From NCBI GenBank assembly GCA_050183625.1, contig JBFXBD010000001.1, positions 4,989 to 68,988 on the forward strand: a stretch of 64,000 bases of DNA, given 5' to 3'. The notes beneath the pieces were generated by a model, which worked only from the letters and a program-made list of their open reading frames with translations, did not search any database and had not been told where the DNA came from. This DNA is from Gammaproteobacteria bacterium (GTDB taxonomy: Bacteria; Pseudomonadota; Gammaproteobacteria; JADZEE01). A program made the translations under genes and the position numbers. Each line of letters begins with the position of its first letter. The stretch's first letter is position 1. Below, piece after piece: positions 57,486 to 64,000 of the stretch.

Positions 57486-58799
57486 ATGCGCACCGAAGAC
57501 ATGATCCTGGTCAGCGTCGACGACCACATCATCGAGCCGCCGGACCTGTTCACGCAGCGGCTGCCGGCCAGGATCCGCGACCACGCGCCGCGCGTGGTGA
57601 AGCTGGCGGACGGCACCGAGCGCTGGCGGATGGAGGACCGCTACATGAACACCGTCGCCTCGTTGGCGGTGTGGGGGCGCAGGCGCGAGGAACTGGGCTG
57701 CGAGCCAATCGCCTACGACGGCATCCGCCGCGGCTGCTACGACGTCCCCGCGCGCGTGGACGACATGAACGCGAACGGCGTGCTGGCCTCGCTGAACTTT
57801 CCGACCATGCCGGGCTTCGGCGGCGAGCAGTTCCAGCGCGGCCAGGACAAGGCGCTGATGCAGGCGCTGATCGCGGTCTACAACGACTGGCACTGCGACG
57901 AGTGGTGCGGCGCCCACCCCGGCCGGTTCATCCCCGCGGCGCTGCTGCCGCTGTGGGACGTGGACCTGGCGGTCGGCGAACTGCGGCGCATGGCGGCCAA
58001 GGGTGCGCGCGCGATTTATTTCCCGGAGAACCCCTGCCCGTTCGGCCTGCCGTCCATCCACCGCGAGGACTGGGATCCGCTGTGGCGCGCCTGCGTGGAT
58101 CTGGACGTGGTCGTCATGATCCACATCGGCACCTCGGGCGAATCGCGCTTCCAGTCGCTCGACACGCCGGTCGACGTGGCCAACACGCTGATCAACATGG
58201 GCACGTCGAACTGCCTGGCGGAACTGCTGTATTCGCCCGTGCCGCGCCGGTTTCCGGCATTGAAGCTGGCGCTGCCCGAGGCCTGCGTGGGCTGGCTGCC
58301 CTACTTCATGGAACGCGCGGACATCGCCTACGGACAGCACCGGTTCTGGACCCACCAGGATTTCGGCGCGCTGAAGCCGAGCGACATCCTCAAGCGCAAC
58401 TTCCTGTACTGCTTCCACCAGGATCCGATCGGCATCAAGTACCGGCATGAGGTCGGCGTCGAGCGGATCACCTGGGAATGCGACTTCCCGCACGCCGACA
58501 GCACCTGGCCGAATTCGCCCGAGGTGCTCGCCGAGGGTTTCGCCGGGATCCCGGACCGGGAAATCGCCATGATCACGCACGAGAACGCACTGCGCTATTT
58601 CAACTTCGATCCGTTCGGCGTGATCGATCGGCGGCAGGCCACGGTCGGCGCGCTTCGAGCGCGCGCCCGTCACGTCGACGTGACGCCGAAATCGATGGGG
58701 GGCATCCAGCCGGCGACGCAGGATCTGCGTCCGGTCACGATGGGCGACATGGCGCGGGTGTACCAGGCCGCAAACGCCACGCCGGTCGCGCCCGCGTAG
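57486..58799 (+). CDS. Amidohydrolase-2 family protein
   Basis: SVDDHIIEPP, YNDWHCDEWC, HIGTS and WECDFPHADSTWP. Confidence 0.92.
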   Translation: MRTEDMILVSVDDHIIEPPDLFTQRLPARIRDHAPRVVKLADGTERWRMEDRYMNTVASLAVWGRRREELGCEPIAYDGIRRGCYDVPARVDDMNANGVLASLNFPTMPGFGGEQFQRGQDKALMQALIAVYNDWHCDEWCGAHPGRFIPAALLPLWDVDLAVGELRRMAAKGARAIYFPENPCPFGLPSIHREDWDPLWRACVDLDVVVMIHIGTSGESRFQSLDTPVDVANTLINMGTSNCLAELLYSPVPRRFPALKLALPEACVGWLPYFMERADIAYGQHRFWTHQDFGALKPSDILKRNFLYCFHQDPIGIKYRHEVGVERITWECDFPHADSTWPNSPEVLAEGFAGIPDREIAMITHENALRYFNFDPFGVIDRRQATVGALRARARHVDVTPKSMGGIQPATQDLRPVTMGDMARVYQAANATPVAPA

Positions 58800-58827
58800 C
58801 GCCCGACCGGCGTACGGCCGGCCGCGG

Positions 58828-59604
58828 TCAGACGATCGCGCCGGCGCTGGTGTGGATGGTCTGGGCGGTGATCTGGCGGCTGGCCGGCAGGCACAGGAAG
58901 ACGATCACGGCGGCAACGTCCTCGGGCGTGGAGATGCGCGCCAGCAGGTTCGAGATCGGCCCTTCGCGGATCAGGCGCTCGGCGACGCCGGGCGCGAAGG
59001 TTTCGTTGCGCGAGCCCATCTTGGTGTCGGTCAGCCCGGGGGCGACGGTGTTCACGTTGATGTCGTGCGGTCCGAGCTCGGCGGCGGCGCAGCGCGTCAA
59101 CTGCGACAGCGCCGCCTTGGAGCTGCCGTAGGCCGGCACCGACATCAGCGCACGATACGCCGAGCTCGACGAGACGTTGACGATCCGCCCGCCGCCGCCG
59201 CGCGCGATCATGTGCGCGGCGACCTGGCGGATGAGCAGGAACGGCGCCTTCACGTTCACCGCGAAGACGAAGTCCCAGATCGCCTCGGTGGTGTCGGCCA
59301 GGTTCGAGACCCCGCCGGTGACGCCCGCGCAGTTGACCAGGATGTCGATGCGGCCGTGCGCGTCGAGCACACCCTGGACCGCGCCTGAAAGGCTGGCCGA
59401 GTCGGCCAGGTCCACGCCCAGGTTCGTCACCCGCCGGCCGGCGGCGATCTGCTGCGCGGCGACCGCATCGCCCTTGCCTGCGTCGCGGTCGAAGATCGCC
59501 ACCGCGCAGCCGCGCTCGGCCAGTGCGCGCACCGTGGCCGCGCCGATGCCGTCCGCGCCGCCGGTGACGATCGCCACCTTGTCCTGCAGTTCCAGTCCGC
59601 CCAT
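58828..59604 (-). CDS. Short-chain dehydrogenase/reductase
   Basis: TGGADGIG, NCAG, YGSSK and VNTVAPG. Confidence 0.93.
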   Translation of the reverse strand: MGGLELQDKVAIVTGGADGIGAATVRALAERGCAVAIFDRDAGKGDAVAAQQIAAGRRVTNLGVDLADSASLSGAVQGVLDAHGRIDILVNCAGVTGGVSNLADTTEAIWDFVFAVNVKAPFLLIRQVAAHMIARGGGGRIVNVSSSSAYRALMSVPAYGSSKAALSQLTRCAAAELGPHDINVNTVAPGLTDTKMGSRNETFAPGVAERLIREGPISNLLARISTPEDVAAVIVFLCLPASRQITAQTIHTSAGAIV

Positions 59605-59643
59605 GCCGCACGCTCCGAGTTGCCGTCCCCGACGTACCTGTCT

Positions 59644-62073
59644 TCAGCCGGTCGACGCCGGCTTCGCCGCCGGTGCGGCCTGCCTGGCGGTACCACCCGG
59701 CGTACGCACTTCGCCCTGCGCCACCAGCTCGGCGATGCGCGCCGGCTCGTAGCCTGCCCAGGCCAGGATCTGCTCGGAGTGCTCGCCGAGTTCCGGCGCC
59801 AGCCGGTATTGCGGCCGATCCGCGTCGCCGACGCGCACCAGCCAGGCCAGTTCGCGCACCCGGCCTTTTTCGGGATGCGGCGTCTCGCTGACGCGGCCGA
59901 TGCGCCGCTGCGCCGGATCGTTGAACAGCGCGTGGATCGCCGCCTCGGTGGCCGGCTCCACCAGCGCCACGCCGGAGCCTGCGAAATGCGCGATCCATTC
60001 GGCGCTGGTACGCGCCTCGAAGGCGTTGCGCAGCCGATCAGTCAGCTCGTCGCGGTGCGCGGCGCGCGCTTCCACGCTCGCGAAGCGTTCGTCGCCAAGG
60101 ATATCCACGCCCAGCCGCTGCTCCAGTGCGCGGATTTCGGCGTCGGTCTTCGCCACCAGGCAGACATGGCCGTCGCGGGTCGCGTACAGGCTGTCGAGCG
60201 CCTCGACCCCCATCTGCAACGCGTCCAGCCGGCCCGCGCCCACCGCCTCGCCGGCGGCATTGCGCACGACGTGGGCGATGAGCCCCAGGGAGGCGTTCAA
60301 CTGCGGGTTCTCGCAGTAAAACGCATGGCCGGTGCGGCGCCGGTGCAGCAGCGCGATCAACATGCCGATCGCGCCCATCAGGCCGTTGCCGGGATCCTCG
60401 TTGCCGACCGTCGGCATCGGCTCGTTGAACTGGCCCGCGCACTCGAAGGCCACGCCGGCGTAGCCGCTCAGCATGGGCGCGAAGCTCTGGCGCATGGCGC
60501 ACGGACCGCTCGTGCCCCAGCCCGGCGCGTGCAGGTAAATCGCGCCGGCGTTCAGCGCCCGCACGTCGTCGCGGCCCAGGCCCAGGCGCTCGGCCGCGCC
60601 GGGTCGCAGGTTGTGGTGGACGATGTCGGCCCAGCGGATCAGTGCTTCGATCGCCGGGCGGATGGCCTTGGACTTGAGATTCGCCGCGATCGCGCGCTTG
60701 CCGGCCTGCGCACCGTAGAACGGGCGCTCGATGCCGCGCAACTGATCCCCGGCGGTGGGCTCGACCTTGATCACGTCCGCGCCCAGATCGGCCAGCACGC
60801 GCGAGGAATAGGGCCCGGCGTAGTAGGCGCCGAGATCGACCACCTTCACGCCGTCGAGCAGCGGGCGCCGATCGGGGCGGGCCGCGGAAACGGCGGGCGC
60901 CCAGTCGGACGCAGCGGCCGGCCGTTCCAGATCCGCCAGCACCGCGGCCGTATCGCGGCCGGGCGCAGGCGCCGCGGCGGGCACCGCCGGTGCCTGCCCA
61001 TCCAGGCGCAGCCCGGGCGCGACCTGCTCGGTGCGCCCCAGCACCGGATCGTCGATCGCGACCACCATGGCGTTGTGGCGCGTCTGCGGCTCGTCGAAGG
61101 CCTGGGTCGGATGGAACACCTCGACCGCGCACACGTCCGCCTCGCGCAGGCGCTGCACCCAGTACTCGCGCGGCTGCGAGCCCAGGATCGGATGGATCGA
61201 GTTTTCCAGCGCGTCGGATTCCTCGTCGGTGAGCACGGTGCCCATCGCGAAGCCGGCAGTCAGCGGCTTGATCCGGTCCTGCAGGCCGAGCACTTCCATC
61301 AGCCGGTCGAATGCGCCCAGGGCGCCGGTGTGGATACCGATGTAGTTGCCGTCCCCGCACAGGAAGGCCCGGTTGACCAGGCGGTTGCGCGCGCGGCTCA
61401 GCATGGCGCGGCGATCCAGCAGCTTGGACTTGCCCTGTTCCAGGGACTGATTGGACTCGCCCCAGATCATCTGGTGGAACGCCAGGGCGCCGTCGACCAT
61501 CGAGGTCTCCACGCGCCGGCCGCAGCCGTCCTCGAAGCGCCGGTGCAGGGCCGCGAGGATGCCGATCACCGCCAGTTGCGCGGCGCCGATGGCCGCGAAC
61601 GGATGGGCCTCGAAGATCGGCGCGTCGCGGTGCCCGGCCTGCACCGCCATGGTCCCGATCAGCGCGTGCACGATGGACTCGTAGGCCGGAAGATCGCGCC
61701 GCGGGTCGTCCTCGCCGAAGCCGGAGATCGAGCAGTAGATGAGCCGCGGGTTGAGCGCGTTCAGATCGGCATGGCCCAGCCCCAGGCGCTGCGCCGCCCC
61801 CGGCTGCCAGCTCTCGATGAAGACGTCTGCGCGCCGGGCCAGGACGCGGATCCGGTCGCGATCGGCCGCGGCGGAGGCGTCGAGCACCACGCTGCGCTTG
61901 CCGCGGTTGAACACCGCCGCCGCGGCCGGCTGCTCGCGGCGCAGCGGATCGCCGCCGGGCGGCTCGATCCAGATCACCTCCGCGCCGTAGTCGGCGAGCA
62001 GGCCGCTCGCCTGCGGGCCGGCGGTTCCGGTCGAGCAATCCAGTACGCGCAGGCCGGCCAGGGGTCGTGACAT
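59644..62073 (-). CDS. Two-domain family III CoA-transferase
   Basis: Two CaiB-like units (PLAGLRVLD..NRGKRS and LLDGVKVVDL..AGKRAI); GGAGA Shine-Dalgarno before ATG 62073. Confidence 0.9.
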   Translation of the reverse strand: MSRPLAGLRVLDCSTGTAGPQASGLLADYGAEVIWIEPPGGDPLRREQPAAAAVFNRGKRSVVLDASAAADRDRIRVLARRADVFIESWQPGAAQRLGLGHADLNALNPRLIYCSISGFGEDDPRRDLPAYESIVHALIGTMAVQAGHRDAPIFEAHPFAAIGAAQLAVIGILAALHRRFEDGCGRRVETSMVDGALAFHQMIWGESNQSLEQGKSKLLDRRAMLSRARNRLVNRAFLCGDGNYIGIHTGALGAFDRLMEVLGLQDRIKPLTAGFAMGTVLTDEESDALENSIHPILGSQPREYWVQRLREADVCAVEVFHPTQAFDEPQTRHNAMVVAIDDPVLGRTEQVAPGLRLDGQAPAVPAAAPAPGRDTAAVLADLERPAAASDWAPAVSAARPDRRPLLDGVKVVDLGAYYAGPYSSRVLADLGADVIKVEPTAGDQLRGIERPFYGAQAGKRAIAANLKSKAIRPAIEALIRWADIVHHNLRPGAAERLGLGRDDVRALNAGAIYLHAPGWGTSGPCAMRQSFAPMLSGYAGVAFECAGQFNEPMPTVGNEDPGNGLMGAIGMLIALLHRRRTGHAFYCENPQLNASLGLIAHVVRNAAGEAVGAGRLDALQMGVEALDSLYATRDGHVCLVAKTDAEIRALEQRLGVDILGDERFASVEARAAHRDELTDRLRNAFEARTSAEWIAHFAGSGVALVEPATEAAIHALFNDPAQRRIGRVSETPHPEKGRVRELAWLVRVGDADRPQYRLAPELGEHSEQILAWAGYEPARIAELVAQGEVRTPGGTARQAAPAAKPASTG

Positions 62074-62241
62074 GTTCAGATCTCCGTTGTAGCTGCGCGA
62101 ACGCGGGCCCGCGCAGCAAAACCATCGTCGGGCGCCGGGCGACAGTGTACCCCGATGTACCGGCACGGCGAGCCGGGGTGCGCGGCGGGATGCGGCCCCT
62201 GCGCTGGCGCGCATGGCGATTTGCGGTTTGAATGTCCGCCC

Positions 62242-63696
62242 ATGAGCACCGATGCCCACCACGCGCAGGCCGCCGCAGGCCCGGCGCCGATGACCGCCCG
62301 CTTTCGCTGGCTGCTTGCGGCGCTGGTCGTCGCCGAACTCACCTGCGCGCTGGAAAGCAACATGGTCACGGTCGCGCTCGCCCGGCTGTACGGCCAGTAC
62401 GGCGATCCGCTGCACGTCACCTGGCTGATCACCGCCTATTCTCTGACCGCGGCTGCCACCGTCGCGGTCAGCAGCCGCCTGGGCGACCTGTACGGCCGGC
62501 GCAGGATGCTGGTGGTGACGCTCGGGTTCGCCGCCGTCGGCTCGCTCATCAGCCTGTTCGGCACGAGCCTGAACGTCATCATCGCCGGGCGCGCTGTGCA
62601 GGGGGCTTCCCTCGCGGTGCTGCCGCTCGCCTTCGGCATCGTGCGCGAGCACGCCGCGGACAGCCGCGAAGTCGGGATCGGCGTCGGCGTGCTCGGCGGA
62701 ACATTTTCGTTCTCCACGGGCATGGGCATCGTCCTGGGCGGGGTGATCGTGGACCACGCCCCGTGGCAGTACATCTTCCTCGCCAGCGCGACGGTCGCGG
62801 TCCTCGCGATCGGGTTCGTGCTGCGCATCCTGCCGCGCGACCGCCCGCGGGCGGTGCGCGGGCGGATCGACTGGATCGGCGGCACCAGCTTCGTCATCCC
62901 GCTGACCGCGGTGCTTCTCAGCCTGAACTTCGGCAAGGCGCAGGGGTGGCAGGCGCCGCTGCCGTGGGCGCTGCTGCTCGGCGGCGCAGCCGGCATCGCG
63001 ACCTGGGTCCGATACATGCTGCGGCAGTCGAACCCGCTCATCGACATCCGCCTGCTGGGCGTGCGCCGGATTGCGCTCGCCAACGCGGTGATCTGCACCT
63101 TCACGCTCGGCCCGCTCATTTATCCGCAAGTGCTGCTGCCGCTGCTGCAGCAGCCGCAGTGGACCGGGGTCGGCCTGGGCATCAGCGCCACGCTCGCCGG
63201 GCTCATCAAGCTGCCGACCAACGTGACCTCCGCCGTCGCCGCCATCTACGCCGGGTACGCCGCGCACCGCTTCACCTTGCGGCGCGTGGTGATCCTCGCC
63301 GCCGCGGCCAATCTCCTGGCCTGGGTGCTGCTCCTGTTCTTCCACGACAGCGCCTGGTCGCTGGCGCTGGCCGCGGTGCTGCTGATTGCGCCGGCCGGCA
63401 CGATCATCTTCGGCGTCGCCCCGGGCCTCATCATCGAAGCCGCCCCCGCGGACCGCACCAGCGAGGCCACCGGCATGACGACGGTGCTGCGCGGCATCGC
63501 CCTGGCCGTGGGCTCGCAGATCGTCGCGCTGTGCCTGACGACTTCGAGCATCGTCAACGCAGCCGGCGAGAAATACCCCGACGAGCGCGCCTACCTCGCG
63601 GCCTTCCTGTTCGTGACCGCCTGCGGCGCGGCCAGCCTGGTGCTGGCGCTGATGCTGCCGCGGCCGGCGCCGCCCGGGGCGGTGGGCGCGGCTTAG
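62242..63696 (+). CDS. MFS transporter (14-TM DHA2-like)
   Basis: WLITAYSL, SRLGDLYGRRR, GRAVQG, IDWIG and NPLIDIRLL. Confidence 0.9.
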   Translation: MSTDAHHAQAAAGPAPMTARFRWLLAALVVAELTCALESNMVTVALARLYGQYGDPLHVTWLITAYSLTAAATVAVSSRLGDLYGRRRMLVVTLGFAAVGSLISLFGTSLNVIIAGRAVQGASLAVLPLAFGIVREHAADSREVGIGVGVLGGTFSFSTGMGIVLGGVIVDHAPWQYIFLASATVAVLAIGFVLRILPRDRPRAVRGRIDWIGGTSFVIPLTAVLLSLNFGKAQGWQAPLPWALLLGGAAGIATWVRYMLRQSNPLIDIRLLGVRRIALANAVICTFTLGPLIYPQVLLPLLQQPQWTGVGLGISATLAGLIKLPTNVTSAVAAIYAGYAAHRFTLRRVVILAAAANLLAWVLLLFFHDSAWSLALAAVLLIAPAGTIIFGVAPGLIIEAAPADRTSEATGMTTVLRGIALAVGSQIVALCLTTSSIVNAAGEKYPDERAYLAAFLFVTACGAASLVLALMLPRPAPPGAVGAA

Positions 63697-63798
63697 TCCT
63701 GCGGCGGACCGTTCGCCGCCGGCCACGACAGCCGGTGCCCGGTCAGCATCGGTTCACCCACCCCTGATGGCCGCCAGTCTCATCCTGGCCGCGACGGA

Positions 63799-63999
63799 TC
63801 ACGACCCGATCGCCCCTCCCACCGCCGTCTGTGCCGCGAGATCCGCCTCGGTGCCGAGCGAATGCGGGTGGATCGGGGTGCCCATCTCGTGCACCGCGGG
63901 CAGCACTTCCCGGGCGAACAGTTCCAGGCTGGCGCGCGCCTCGTGGCCGGGCTTGGCGCCGTGCGCAGGGTGCACGATCAGGTATTCCAGGCTGATCCG
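63799..63999 (-). CDS. C-terminal end of an LLM-class oxidoreductase, 5' end outside the window
   Basis: My translation reads ...EARASLELFAREVLPAVHEM...GAIGS*, a typical LLM C-terminal motif. Confidence 0.7.
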   Translation of the reverse strand, partial: RISLEYLIVHPAHGAKPGHEARASLELFAREVLPAVHEMGTPIHPHSLGTEADLAAQTAVGGAIGS

Positions 64000-64000
64000 C

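Noticed and set aside
59644-63726. 1360 aa minus-strand ORF as a giant fusion protein
   Set aside because: The first 550 or so codons are the antisense shadow of the MFS gene (62242-63696) plus intergenic DNA; the real CoA-transferase starts at 62073 with its own Shine-Dalgarno.
1-64000. Secondary-metabolite biosynthetic cluster, prophage, or tRNA/rRNA genes
   Set aside because: I recognised no PKS, NRPS, RiPP or terpene core enzyme, no phage or integrase genes and no structural RNA signatures; the content fits catabolism. A covariance-model scan would be needed to exclude small RNAs.

Overview
A 64 kb, very GC-rich (roughly 70% by eye) bacterial region, probably from a Gram-negative host, since one protein carries a VPLPG/PEP-CTERM-like exosortase tail. 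It is almost entirely an accessory catabolic toolbox of about 50 intact genes: three family III CoA-transferases, two cytochromes P450, four luciferase-like (LLM) oxidoreductases, two TauD dioxygenases, four amidohydrolases, four SDRs, an acyl-CoA dehydrogenase pair, an acyl-CoA ligase, hydantoinase/oxoprolinase A+B, an arylsulfatase, a GMC oxidoreductase, a heme-oxygenase-like diiron protein, two DUF1214-like proteins, three MFS transporters, TetR and GlxA regulators, and an AAA+/VWA pair. A short decayed patch at about 8.3-10.5 kb holds a hipB-like gene, a hipA remnant, an AAA ATPase remnant and a surface protein. I found no rRNA, tRNA, CRISPR array or intact transposase. The clearest structure not explained by the genes is a set of small repeats. 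Twelve 22-26 bp units in two sequence families share one architecture (GAAA..GGGG[A/T]C..TTTC), occur mostly in phased tandem groups and are fused into gene ends and starts. Three copies of a roughly 91 bp palindromic element are also present, one sitting exactly at the breakpoint of a truncated SDR gene. All product calls come from recognising motifs by eye; no database searches were run, and start codons are my best choices.
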